From Longimicrobiales bacterium (GTDB taxonomy: Bacteria; Gemmatimonadota; Gemmatimonadetes; Longimicrobiales; Gaopeijiaceae): 64,000 nt of DNA. Location: the NCBI GenBank assembly GCA_965249725.1, contig CBDFMQ010000002.1, positions 2,176,001-2,240,000 of the forward strand, read 5' to 3'. Position numbers and translations under genes: made by a program. The notes under the pieces were generated by a model, which searched no databases, was not told where the DNA came from, and was given only the letters and a program-made list of their open reading frames with translations. Numbering within the stretch: position 1 is the first letter of the stretch; each line of letters starts with the position of its first letter. Positions 1-9,328 of the stretch are shown piece after piece.

Positions 1-815
1 GCCTGGTGAATCGGGGCGATGCTCAGGCCGTTGATCGTGGCCTCGTCCGCCTCGACCCGTTGGTGGTACCGGACCGCCTCGGGGGACGTCACCATCATCA
101 ACGATGTGATGTAGAAATCGTCGTGGTACCCGTCGCTCACGGTCTCCACGTAGCCCAACTCTTCCTCCATATACTTCCCGACATCGGGGTAGTTGTAGAA
201 CTCGGGAATGAAGTACGCGGTGGCTCCGCTTCCGGCCCAGCTCGCATTGAGCGCCGTGGCGGCGGCGGCCAGGCCCCTCTGGTTCCCGCCACTGTCCCCG
301 ATAAGGATGATGTCGGTGAAGCCCTGACTCTTTAGGCTGTTCCCTACATCCTGCAGCACCATGAGGAACGTCTCCTGCCGGAGACTCAGCGTTCCCGGAT
401 ACGAGATGTTCTCGGGATCGCCCTCGGGCACCAGCTTGAGCACGGGCGTGCACAGAGCATTCCCCAACTCCCTTGCGATCTGGTCGCAGGCGCCTTGAAG
501 CACGTAATTGTGCTTGCCGTTGGCCAGATAGGGGCCGTTCTGCTCTACGCCTCCGGTCGGGATAATGGCGGTCGTCTTGCCCGAGGCGATCTCGTCGCGG
601 ACCTCGATCCAGGTGAGCTCGTCGATCCACACCGAGTTGAGAGGCTCGATCGGGTTCGGCATCTGCATCATTACCTGCCGCGCACGTTCACGCTCGGCCT
701 GTCGGCGAGCCTGTTCCTCGGGACTCTGGTTGCTCCCGGCCTGGGCGGCCGCAACCGGAGCCGCGAATCCAATGGCCAGAGTCACGGCCGCGGCCGTAGT
801 GAGTGCCTGCTTCAT
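1..815 (-). CDS. Creatininase/creatinine amidohydrolase family protein with signal peptide (3' end runs off the window)
   Basis: Missing from the ORF track because there is no stop inside the window. Manual translation from ATG 815 gives MKQALTTAAAVTLAIGFAAPVAAAQ...WIDELTWIEVRDEIASGKTTAIIPTGGVEQNGPYLANGKHN...YPGTLSL...IILIGDSGGN, which are typical creatininase-family motifs. Confidence 0.85.
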   Translation of the reverse strand, partial: MKQALTTAAAVTLAIGFAAPVAAAQAGSNQSPEEQARRQAERERARQVMMQMPNPIEPLNSVWIDELTWIEVRDEIASGKTTAIIPTGGVEQNGPYLANGKHNYVLQGACDQIARELGNALCTPVLKLVPEGDPENISYPGTLSLRQETFLMVLQDVGNSLKSQGFTDIILIGDSGGNQRGLAAAATALNASWAGSGATAYFIPEFYNYPDVGKYMEEELGYVETVSDGYHDDFYITSLMMVTSPEAVRYHQRVEADEATINGLSIAPIHQ

Positions 816-1020
816 GGCGCCCCCTCTTGTCCCCGGGAATGAACGACGGGTCTGTACGCCGGCGTCCGAAGCCCTCGAGCCCAAACGGCTCAAAGAGCCC
901 CGACGTTCACTCAGGCAAATTAGCGATCGAGCCGCGCCACCGCTAACAGTTCTTATTATTCTCGACGGACAGCCTTAAATGCTCCTTAGGCAGTGCGGAG
1001 GAAGCGATGCGCTCGCTCGC

Positions 1021-1137
1021 AAGGTCCCCCGCTACGTCAAGTTCGTGGACTCCTTTCCCATGACGGTCACGGGCAAGGTGCAGAAATTCGTCATGAGAGA
1101 AGCCATGATCGACGAACTGGACCTCGGTGGCTCCTGA
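1021..1137 (+). pseudogene. Orphan C-terminal remnant of an AMP-binding acyl-CoA synthetase
   Basis: Translates [38 protein letters not shown], the A10 (TGKxxK) C-terminus of ANL ligases. The rest of the gene is absent. Confidence 0.7.
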
Positions 1138-1281
1138 CCGCAGCCGTCCGGCTTCACTCGTTGCGCTTGCCCTGCGCCCTACCCACCCTACATCATGCAC
1201 TCGATCGCCTGAAATTCCGCCCGACGGGTTCCGGGATTTCGATCGGGTCGATGATCGTAGTTAGCAGCTCTCTCGGGGTAC

Positions 1282-2847
1282 GTGATGAATAACGACGGGC
1301 CGCATAGGCGGATGGATCCTTCTGTTCTGACCAGGCGCCAGGTACTTCAGCGCTTCGGCATGGTGGGCACCTCCTCGCTCATGATGGGCGCAATGGGAGC
1401 GTGGGACCTGATGGGCCAGCCGGCCGGTCCACGACCGGTGTTCTCGAGGACCGACGCCGACGCGAAGGTCATCATTCTCGGGGGAGGGTTGTCCGGACTC
1501 CTGGTAGGCTACGAGCTGGGCAAACTCGGCTACGACTATCGGGTTCTCGAGGCGCGCGAACGGGTGGGCGGCCTGATCTGGAGTATCCGTCGCGGAGATT
1601 CACACACCGAGCTCGACGGCGGGGAGCACCAGGAGTGCCAGTTCGACGAGGACCAGTACTTCAACGCAGGTGCCTGGCGCATTCCGCATGCGCACGAGGG
1701 AGTACTCGGATACTGCCGTGAACTCGGCGTTCCCATTGAGGTCTTCGTGAACACCAGCGACGCCAACTACATGTGGGAGGAGGATCCGGAGCGCGGGCCG
1801 CTCGCCGGCAAGAGGGTCCGCCTACGCGAGGTAAAGGCCGACCTGCGGGGGTCGACGAACGAGTTGCTCGCCAAGGCCCTGGACCAAGGCGAGATCGACG
1901 TCGCCCTCTCGGACGAAGACAAAGAGCGCCTCATCGAGTTCTTGGTCAGTTCGGGGTACCTCGACTCTGCCGACTATGTGTACAAGCCGCCCGCACAGCG
2001 TGGCTCGGAGGAGCGGTACGACCTCAGCGCCCTCCTGCAATCCGGGTTCGGCAATCAGGTCCGGTCGTTGGTGCGCTCCACGGGCGGCGGCCCGCCGGTC
2101 TTCCAGGCGGTTGGCGGCATGCAGGAGATTCCCAAAGCTGTCGCTCGAGCTGTTGGCGATAACCTCAGCCTCGGGTCGGCAGTGAAGAGTGTCACCCAAA
2201 CGGAATCAGGCGTTCGCGTGGTCTATGGGGATACGCGCACGGGCGAGGAGCGAGAGGAAACCGGCGACTACTGCGTTTCCTGTCTTCCGATGTCGGTCCT
2301 GCAGACGATCGACGTCAACCTGTCAACCGAAACGGCGGCCATCCTGGGCGAGATCAGCCACAGTGGCAGCGCGAAGGTGGGGCTGCAGATGAAGCGGCGA
2401 TTCTGGGAGGAGGACGACGGGATCTTCGGTGGACACATCTACGGGCGAAGTCTCCAGCTCGGCGAGTTCTCGTACCCGTCCAACGGCTACTTCACCAAGA
2501 AGGGCGTGCTCCTCGGCTTCTACGGCAACGGGACCACGGGAGACATGGACACCAAGCCCATCCAAGGGCGCATCGAACACGTGCTTACGCAGGCCAGCAA
2601 GATCCATCCTCAGATGAGGGAAGAGCTCGAACACGCGTACTGCATCTGGTGGGACAGGGTCGAATACAGCCTGGGTGCCTACGGTCGGCGTACGGAAGAG
2701 GAAGATATGGCTACGCTCCACAAGGGAGACGGACGCATCTATTTCGGCTCAGCAGGAGCGGGAACGCAGCCGGCCTGGATGGAAGGCGCCGTCGCCTCCG
2801 CATGGCGATGCGTGGAGAGCATCCACGAAAGGGCATCTCAGGGCTAG
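1282..2847 (+). CDS. Flavin monoamine oxidase / L-amino acid oxidase family, Tat-exported
   Basis: Twin-Arg signal LTRRQVLQRFG; FAD-binding GGGLSG...EARERVGG; C-terminal WMEGAVAS. Confidence 0.88.
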   Translation: MMNNDGPHRRMDPSVLTRRQVLQRFGMVGTSSLMMGAMGAWDLMGQPAGPRPVFSRTDADAKVIILGGGLSGLLVGYELGKLGYDYRVLEARERVGGLIWSIRRGDSHTELDGGEHQECQFDEDQYFNAGAWRIPHAHEGVLGYCRELGVPIEVFVNTSDANYMWEEDPERGPLAGKRVRLREVKADLRGSTNELLAKALDQGEIDVALSDEDKERLIEFLVSSGYLDSADYVYKPPAQRGSEERYDLSALLQSGFGNQVRSLVRSTGGGPPVFQAVGGMQEIPKAVARAVGDNLSLGSAVKSVTQTESGVRVVYGDTRTGEEREETGDYCVSCLPMSVLQTIDVNLSTETAAILGEISHSGSAKVGLQMKRRFWEEDDGIFGGHIYGRSLQLGEFSYPSNGYFTKKGVLLGFYGNGTTGDMDTKPIQGRIEHVLTQASKIHPQMREELEHAYCIWWDRVEYSLGAYGRRTEEEDMATLHKGDGRIYFGSAGAGTQPAWMEGAVASAWRCVESIHERASQG

Positions 2848-2884
2848 CCCTCTCGCCGCCGCCCCACCCGACCCGCTGGGATGC

Positions 2885-2913
2885 AGGGGACGCCTCGACG
2901 GAGGGGCGTCCCC
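2885..2913 (+). terminator. GC-rich hairpin downstream of the oxidase
   Basis: Inverted repeat aggggacgcc...ggcgtcccct; no U-tract. Confidence 0.4.
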
Positions 2914-3020
2914 TCGTCACATTCAGGGATCGGTGAAGTTGACCGTGACCGTCGTGCGCCGGCGAGGCCGGGCCCCCGGCCCTCGCAAGACTCAGAAAAA
3001 GACTCAGAAAGTGGAAGCGG

Positions 3021-4652
3021 ATGAAGCACATACTGCTTGGGCTGGCCCTCCTGACGGGTGTCGGCGGTGGGCTCGAATCGACCGACACCTACCCCAAGAA
3101 CCCGAACATCGACGCCCTCAACTACGCGTTCCGCATCACGCTGAGTGACGCCACGGACGAGATCGTGGCAGAGGCCACCGTGGACATCCGCTTTCTCGCG
3201 GATGGAATCACCCGAGTGCGTTTGGATCTGATCAACCGAGGTACCGATGGCCGCGGGATGGCGGTCAGTGGCGTGACCTCGAGTGATGGTCCGGTCACCT
3301 TCACTCACGAAAACGACGAGCTCTTCATCACGCTTCCGGAAGCCACCCGGGCGAACCAACGCAGCCAGTACACGGTCCGCTACCGAGGCATTCCGGCCAG
3401 TGGGCTCCAGATCGGGCCCAACAAGTACGGTGACCGGACCTTCTTCAGCGACGACTGGCCCAACCGCGCCCGCAACTGGCTGCCCACCATCGATCACCCG
3501 TACGACAAGGCGACTAGCGAGATGATCGTCACCGCGCCGGACCACTACCAGGTGGTCTCCAACGGGTTGAAGATCGAGGAGACGGCCCTGCCCGACGGAA
3601 TGCTGCTCACCCACTGGAAGCAGTCGGTGCCGATCGCCACGTGGCTGTACAATCTCGGCGTGGCGCGCTTCGCGGTGCAGCACGTCGACGACTACATGGG
3701 CAAGGCAATTGAGACCTGGGTCTACTATCAGGACCGTGACGCCGGATTCTACGACTTTGCGGAGACCACCAAGCTGGTGTTGGAGTTCTACGGCGACTGG
3801 GTCGGCCCCTACTCCTACGAGAAGCTCGCCAACATCCAGTCCAACAGCGTGGGCGGTGGTATGGAGGCTGCCAGCTCGATCTTCTACGGTGACAACTCGG
3901 TCACCGGTGAGCGTACGACCCGCTGGCAGAACGTCATCATCCACGAGATCGCGCATCAGTGGTTCGGCAACGCCGTCACGGAATACGATTGGGACGACGT
4001 CTGGCTGAGCGAAGGCTTCGCGACGTACTTCACGCTTCTGTTCCGGGAGCATCAGTACGGCCGGGACGACTTCGTGTCGGGTCTCGAGCAGAGCCGCGAT
4101 CGGATACGGGCCTTCTACGAGGAGAACCCCGACTATCGGATCGTCCATGACAACCTGGACGACATGAGCCGCGTCACCAGTTCCCAGACCTACCAGAAGG
4201 GCGGCTGGACCCTGCACATGCTACGGGGGATCATCGGGGAGGAGGCGTTCTGGAGTGGCATCCAGGACTACTACGCCCGCTTCCAGGACAAGAACGCCAC
4301 GACGGACGATTTCCGGCGGGCGATGGAAGAGGCATCGGGCCAGGATCTATCCGAGTTCTTCCAGCAGTGGCTCTACCAGGGAGGAGCCCTGGAATACGAA
4401 GGCGGCTGGAGCTACGATGCCGGCTCGGGAATGCTCGAGGTCGAGCTGAACCAGGTGCAGGACGGTGGCTACTCGTTCAGGATGCCCGTCCAAGTGGCCA
4501 TCCATTCGGACAATGGGCGGCGCCTTGAGCTGTTGCAGGTAAACGACCAGACGAATCGGTTCACGATCTCCGTGGACCAGGAACCCGATTCGGTCGTCCT
4601 CGACCCCGAAACGTGGGTTTTGATGGACGCCGATTTCGAGCGGAGGAATTGA
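3021..4652 (+). CDS. M1 family zinc aminopeptidase, exported
   Basis: GGMEA exopeptidase motif; HEIAH...WLSEGFA (HExxH-x18-E); YQKG; N-terminal signal peptide. Confidence 0.93.
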   Translation: MKHILLGLALLTGVGGGLESTDTYPKNPNIDALNYAFRITLSDATDEIVAEATVDIRFLADGITRVRLDLINRGTDGRGMAVSGVTSSDGPVTFTHENDELFITLPEATRANQRSQYTVRYRGIPASGLQIGPNKYGDRTFFSDDWPNRARNWLPTIDHPYDKATSEMIVTAPDHYQVVSNGLKIEETALPDGMLLTHWKQSVPIATWLYNLGVARFAVQHVDDYMGKAIETWVYYQDRDAGFYDFAETTKLVLEFYGDWVGPYSYEKLANIQSNSVGGGMEAASSIFYGDNSVTGERTTRWQNVIIHEIAHQWFGNAVTEYDWDDVWLSEGFATYFTLLFREHQYGRDDFVSGLEQSRDRIRAFYEENPDYRIVHDNLDDMSRVTSSQTYQKGGWTLHMLRGIIGEEAFWSGIQDYYARFQDKNATTDDFRRAMEEASGQDLSEFFQQWLYQGGALEYEGGWSYDAGSGMLEVELNQVQDGGYSFRMPVQVAIHSDNGRRLELLQVNDQTNRFTISVDQEPDSVVLDPETWVLMDADFERRN

Positions 4653-4654
4653 TC

Positions 4655-6034
4655 ATGAAGAGGCTCTTCCTATTTCTGACCCTCGCCCTGGCAACGGCGG
4701 CACCACTTCAGGCTCAGCGATCTTTCGAGCCGCCGGACAAGCAGCTCCACAGCCAGCGTCGGGCCAACTTCCTCAACGCCATGGAAGGCGGGATCGGCAT
4801 CATCGTGGCGGCCATCGAAGATCAGAACAGGATCTACGAGTTCTTCGTGGATCACTCGGATCTCCACGACTTCATTTACCTGACCGGACTCGAAGCGGGC
4901 GACGCCTATGGGTCGGCGCTCGTCCTCGCCCCCGACGCCGAGACCTATCGGGAGATCCTCTACACAGCGGGAGATCCGGAGGAGATGGCGGAGCTCACGG
5001 GCATCGAGCACGTCTACCCCTACGAGTTGCTCAACGAGCACCTGTCGGACGCCATCACCGACTACTCTCTCCTTCGCACACATCAGCGAGGAGCCAAGGC
5101 GCTCGCCTCGGATCTGTCCCGCTCCTGGGGGGACGAGAAGGTCACATACTTCAACTACCAGCGCTTCCTGAATCTGGCCGAGACACCCCCCGAACGACTC
5201 GACCTTGCCAACCGACTCCGGTACTTCTCGCCCGAGATCCAGATGAAGGATGCGTCGGACATTCTGAATCGACTGCGGATGATCCACGACGAGGCTTCGA
5301 TCGCGATGCTTCGGAAAGCGTCCGACATCACCGTCCAGGCGTTCATGGAGTCGGCCAAGGCCGTCCGTGAAGAGATGACGACGCAGCAGATCGCATCAAT
5401 CGTCAACTTCACCTTCGAGTACGAACACGCGGCACCTTCCTTCCGCACGAACGTCACCCCTTCGGGCCCGAACCTCGCCCCGCGCGGCCGGGGTGGCAGT
5501 GATTGGCCTATCGGAACCCGCCCAAGGCTGGGTCCGTGGCATGTGAGCGACGGCCAGATGCTCAGCTACGATATCGGCGCGGAGTATGCACACTTCACCG
5601 CCGACTTCGGGCGAACGATTCCGGTCAGCGGCGAGTACACACCCGAGCAGCGACGCATCGCCGAGACCGTGACACGCGTCCAAAAGCAATTGATCGCCGC
5701 CGTCAAGCCCGGCGGAACGTTCGCCGGGAGTCAGGCCCTCAAGGACCGGCTCATGGGCGAGGCCGGGTTACTGGATGTCACGAACACGTACGGCATCAGC
5801 CACTTCGTCGGGATGGAGATCCACGACGTGGGCTCCTACGACATTCCGTGGGAGCCTGGAATGTGCTTCGTCATCGAGTGGCGTGTGAGCCACGAGGACT
5901 GGTCGATCCGTTTCGAGGACGTAATCCTGGTGACGGAAGACGGCCAGGAGTGGCTCACCGGGCACTCTCCCATCGAGCCCGACGAGATCGAAGCGCTCAT
6001 GGCGCAGGAGGGGGTCTGGGAGCGGGGTCGCTAG
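4655..6034 (+). CDS. M24 family Xaa-Pro aminopeptidase, exported
   Basis: Start ATG 4655 after a GGAGG RBS (MKRLFLFLTLALATAAPLQAQ). Motifs DIGAEY..FTADFGRT, SHFVGMEIHD and IRFEDVILVT. Confidence 0.88.
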   Translation: MKRLFLFLTLALATAAPLQAQRSFEPPDKQLHSQRRANFLNAMEGGIGIIVAAIEDQNRIYEFFVDHSDLHDFIYLTGLEAGDAYGSALVLAPDAETYREILYTAGDPEEMAELTGIEHVYPYELLNEHLSDAITDYSLLRTHQRGAKALASDLSRSWGDEKVTYFNYQRFLNLAETPPERLDLANRLRYFSPEIQMKDASDILNRLRMIHDEASIAMLRKASDITVQAFMESAKAVREEMTTQQIASIVNFTFEYEHAAPSFRTNVTPSGPNLAPRGRGGSDWPIGTRPRLGPWHVSDGQMLSYDIGAEYAHFTADFGRTIPVSGEYTPEQRRIAETVTRVQKQLIAAVKPGGTFAGSQALKDRLMGEAGLLDVTNTYGISHFVGMEIHDVGSYDIPWEPGMCFVIEWRVSHEDWSIRFEDVILVTEDGQEWLTGHSPIEPDEIEALMAQEGVWERGR

Positions 6035-6195
6035 TGTTCCGTCCCAGAACTTCGTTACGCACCGAGGGTGCTGAGGCGCCATCCTGGCAAGGCACGACGA
6101 CGAGGAATAGCGCCGCTATTTCGAGGAGAAGTAACGCCGCCAGGATGGATGCATCAGTGCCCGAATGCCAACGAAGTTCTGGGACGGGACACTAG
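6031..6195. mobile_element. 165-bp MITE/REP-like long imperfect palindrome bounded by CTAG
   Basis: Terminal arms ctagtgttccgtcccagaacttcgtt / aacgaagttctgggacgggacactag (26 bp, 1 mismatch); inner arms ccatcctggc/gccaggatgg; apical aatagcg-c-cgctatt. Its TAG is the stop codon of the M24 gene. Confidence 0.7.
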
Positions 6196-6465
6196 GTCAG
6201 CGGAGCAGGTGCCGGGCGATTTCGTCACGAAGTCGCTCGGCACGCCTCCGGAACCTCTTGGTCGCGCTGGACCAAATGGTACGCGCGACCCCCAGCCCGG
6301 CCGTCGCCCCGGCCCCCAAGATGGACACCGTGACCATCATGGATTTTCCCGGCTGTAGGTGCCGGGGACGACCGATGATAGAGCAGTGATACCCCGCCGC
6401 TAACCTCTGTGCACGTCGCGAGCCCCCCTTGGAGGCAGGCGATTCCCAACCACAGAGGAGGACCG

Positions 6466-6648
6466 ATGGAGACTCTGACGCCGGACCGCATGCGGACGCT
6501 GCATGGGATGAAGATCGACGAAGGAGAGGTGTGCGGCCTCATGGTCGGCGCCTTGTCGGGCGCCATCTACTTCAGTTGGACCGTACCCGCCGCATTCATC
6601 TTCATGTTCACGCCGATGGTCTGTGTCCTGGACTACGGTCTCCGGTAG
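6466..6648 (+). CDS. Bacteriocin/RiPP precursor peptide 1 (60 aa, double-glycine-like leader)
   Basis: RBS GAGGAGG then METLTPDRMRTLHG-MKIDEGEVCGLMVGALSGAIYFSWTVPAAFIFMFTPMVCVLDYGLR; lies upstream of a C39-peptidase transporter. Confidence 0.75.
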   Translation: METLTPDRMRTLHGMKIDEGEVCGLMVGALSGAIYFSWTVPAAFIFMFTPMVCVLDYGLR

Positions 6649-6692
6649 GCAGAACCGACGCCTTCCGCCCCCCCCATCACTCGGAGGTTCCC

Positions 6693-6869
6693 ATGAGAGC
6701 ACTCACCGTCGACGAAATGGCCGACATCGAAGGGATGAAATTCTGGGCCGGCTTCGGCTGTGGTGCAGGCATCATCGCATCCATCGCGGTGACCGGTACC
6801 CCGGACGTCATCGCCCGGTGGTCCATCTACAGCGGCACGATCGCGGCCTGTGGAGCCGCGTTCTTCTAG
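6693..6869 (+). CDS. Bacteriocin/RiPP precursor peptide 2 (58 aa, double-glycine-like leader)
   Basis: RBS GGAGG then MRALTVDEMADIEG-MKFWAGFGCGAGIIASIAVTGTPDVIARWSIYSGTIAACGAAFF; the leader matches the LTxxEMxxIxG pattern. Confidence 0.82.
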   Translation: MRALTVDEMADIEGMKFWAGFGCGAGIIASIAVTGTPDVIARWSIYSGTIAACGAAFF

Positions 6870-8544
6870 GGGGTACGGGCTGGGCGTCACCGGGGCGCCC
6901 AGCCCACCTCGTCTCGGCCCCGGCAACCCGAGGTGCGGCTCCTGCCGGGCCCTCGCCTCGATCACCCGGCGGAAGCTCCTCATCGGGAGTCGTCGTTTCC
7001 TCTGGTCCGTCCGGAATACCATCGAGGGAAAGATGGCTTTAGTCGTCCTGGTGGCAGCCCCGTTCTTGATGCGGAACATGCTGGTGTCCTCCTCGCTGCG
7101 TGCAGCACGCACGAGCCGAGATCTGGCGGACGCCACGATGTTGCTCGCCCATGCGGCCATGGCTGCCGCGCTGATGCTTGCGGTGGTCTCGCGCACTGCC
7201 CGCTCCCTCATAATTGAGAAGGCCCCCGAACCTCTGGCTGTCTACCCTGGTGGCCGACGGGGATTGGCGACGTATCACCTCTGGGGAGAAGTCGCTACGA
7301 CGGGACTCTGGCTCATCGGCTTCTTCTACCTCTTCTACGGTCCCCTGGTGTACGACCTGGCTCCTCGACCGACACTGGCTCTCCCAATGCACTTGATCGC
7401 GCAGGCTTTGGTCTTCTGCGCTTTGGGAGCCCTGGCCTACCGCATCACGCTCTGGACGCTCGAGAGCCGACCGTCCGTCGGCCGGTCGCTCTACTCCTGG
7501 GCAAGCGCCGGAGCCATCCTCGCCTTCCTGGGCATGGCCGCCTCGGCTGCCGTCATCGAGGACCTGCCGAGAGGGGGACTGGAGGGCTCGCGTGCGTGGG
7601 TCAGCGCGGCGGCCGGCGCCTATCCACCCCTTGGCGCCCTGGGCCGATCCGTCAGCAGCTTCCCTAGTGCGGTGACGTGGCTGACCGGGGTCGTGTTGGC
7701 CGGGACCGTCGCCTCGATCACGGCAGTCCCCCTCTCGAGGCGGGTGAGTCCCCTGCTATTGGGAGACCTCGAGGGGCTCCTGCACCCTCGCTTCAAGAGC
7801 GTATTCGGAGGACGGGGCAGAGCCGGCGGCGGAGCGCGCCTCTTCTTCCTCAAGGACCTGTGGCTTCCCGCGGTACGGCATCCGCGACGTGTCTTCACGA
7901 GACACTGGGTTCTCCTGGCCATCGCTCTGACGGGGCCAGTCCTGACGTGGCAGCTGCGCCGCGAGGGCCGCGTGAGTGAGATCGTTGCAGCGGCGGCCCT
8001 GTGGGGTGTGGTGATGGCGGTGCCGTCGCTGGCCGCCTATCTGAACGGCTTGGGCGCACTGGGTCGGGAGGGAGCGGTGTCGGCCTTGATTCGTCCCGTC
8101 CTGCGGCCCGCCGCACTCTGGGGCTGCAAGGTGCAAGCGGTACTGGTGGCCGTCGTTCCCCAAGGCCTCGTTTACGGAGCCATCACCGGATGGTCAGCCA
8201 CGAAGCTGGGGCTGGAACCCGGGCCGCTGGAGGCAGCGGGCGCGGGTGCCCTTGCCGGACTGGTCGCCTCGACGAACGCAGTGGGCCTCGGGTTCCTGAT
8301 TCCCGACTTCCGGCGCAGGAGCTTGCTCACCCCGGGTGCGTCGCGGTCCGCGCGACGCCTCTTCGAGGCCCTCGCAGTCTATGGGATCGCCTCCTGCATC
8401 GCGGTGCGGATCATGACCCGCACGGGCGTGCTTCCTCCAACTCTCTTTCCTGTCAGCGTCGCCACCACGGCGGGTCTGGGTCTGACCCTGGGTGGCATCG
8501 TCACCCTGCTCGCCCTTCGTCGATTTCCCTCGCTGGAGAGTTGA
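6850..8544 (+). CDS. ABC exporter permease subunit (multi-pass membrane protein; start uncertain)
   Basis: About 12 hydrophobic segments; FFLKDLW and GREG..LIRP..LWGCK motifs typical of long ABC-2-type permeases; directly followed by an ABC ATPase. First in-frame ATG is 7033. Confidence 0.7.
   Translation: MEPRSSRGYGLGVTGAPSPPRLGPGNPRCGSCRALASITRRKLLIGSRRFLWSVRNTIEGKMALVVLVAAPFLMRNMLVSSSLRAARTSRDLADATMLLAHAAMAAALMLAVVSRTARSLIIEKAPEPLAVYPGGRRGLATYHLWGEVATTGLWLIGFFYLFYGPLVYDLAPRPTLALPMHLIAQALVFCALGALAYRITLWTLESRPSVGRSLYSWASAGAILAFLGMAASAAVIEDLPRGGLEGSRAWVSAAAGAYPPLGALGRSVSSFPSAVTWLTGVVLAGTVASITAVPLSRRVSPLLLGDLEGLLHPRFKSVFGGRGRAGGGARLFFLKDLWLPAVRHPRRVFTRHWVLLAIALTGPVLTWQLRREGRVSEIVAAAALWGVVMAVPSLAAYLNGLGALGREGAVSALIRPVLRPAALWGCKVQAVLVAVVPQGLVYGAITGWSATKLGLEPGPLEAAGAGALAGLVASTNAVGLGFLIPDFRRRSLLTPGASRSARRLFEALAVYGIASCIAVRIMTRTGVLPPTLFPVSVATTAGLGLTLGGIVTLLALRRFPSLES
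6877..6905 (+). promoter_or_regulatory. Stable hairpin right after the precursor genes (attenuator or mRNA stabiliser)
   Basis: gggctgggcgtc-accgg-ggcgcccagccc, a 12-bp stem including one G:U pair. Confidence 0.5.
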
Positions 8545-8545
8545 T

Positions 8546-9328
8546 GTGACGGATGGCCCATCAATCTGCATCGACCGCCTCACCAAAAGCTTCGGCGCGA
8601 TCGAAGCTGTCTCCGAGTTGAGCCTCACGGTCGGTACGGGGGAGATCGTCTGCTTCTTGGGGCCCAACGGCGCAGGCAAGACGACGACCATCAACACCGT
8701 CATGGGTCTCAAGAGACCGACCTCCGGCGACGTCTTCATCAACGGCGTGAGCGTCCGCGCGCCGCAGGTGGAATCCGTCCGTAGAAGGATCGGCTTCATG
8801 CCTCAGCAGCCGGTACTCTACGACTATCTCACCGGACGGGAGTTCATCCAGTTCTTCGGCGAGTTGTACGGCACCGACCGGCCACTCGACACGTGGCTCG
8901 AAGAACGCTTCTGCGCGCTCGAGATGAGCCATCACGCGGATCGGCTGATCAGAGACTACTCGGCCGGTATGAAGAAGAAGATCTCGTTCCTGACCGCCCT
9001 GGTCCATCAGCCCGACATCCTGCTGTTCGACGAGCCCACGGGGACTCTCGACGCACTGAGTGCACGCATCGTCAAGGACGAGATGCTCGCGGCCCGTAAA
9101 AGGGGTTCGTTGGTCTTCTTCACCACGCACGTCCTGGAAGTCGCCGAACGCCTTGCGGATCGCATCGCGATCATCCGAAACGGGCGCCTCGTCGCCGATG
9201 GGACGCTGCGCGATTTACGCGCGAGACACGGCCGGGGAGCCGGGGAGTCGCTCGAGAACATCTTCCTCCGTCTCGCCCATCAGGCCGGGACGGAAGGCGG
9301 CGCTGGCACGCGGGGCGCGGGCGGGTGA
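8546..9328 (+). CDS. ABC transporter ATP-binding protein
   Basis: Walker A GPNGAGKT, signature YSAGMKKK, Walker B LLFDEP, H-loop TTH; GTG start 1 nt after the permease stop. Confidence 0.93.
   Translation: MTDGPSICIDRLTKSFGAIEAVSELSLTVGTGEIVCFLGPNGAGKTTTINTVMGLKRPTSGDVFINGVSVRAPQVESVRRRIGFMPQQPVLYDYLTGREFIQFFGELYGTDRPLDTWLEERFCALEMSHHADRLIRDYSAGMKKKISFLTALVHQPDILLFDEPTGTLDALSARIVKDEMLAARKRGSLVFFTTHVLEVAERLADRIAIIRNGRLVADGTLRDLRARHGRGAGESLENIFLRLAHQAGTEGGAGTRGAGG

Noticed and set aside
2987..3010. 12-bp tandem duplication aagactcagaaa before the M1 peptidase
   Set aside because: Only two copies; it cannot be distinguished from slippage.
6197..6340. 47-aa minus-strand ORF MMVTVSILGAGATAGLGVARTIW... 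ending next to the palindromic element
   Set aside because: It has no RBS or leader similarity and is on the wrong strand to be a third precursor; it may be a gene tail but cannot be assigned.
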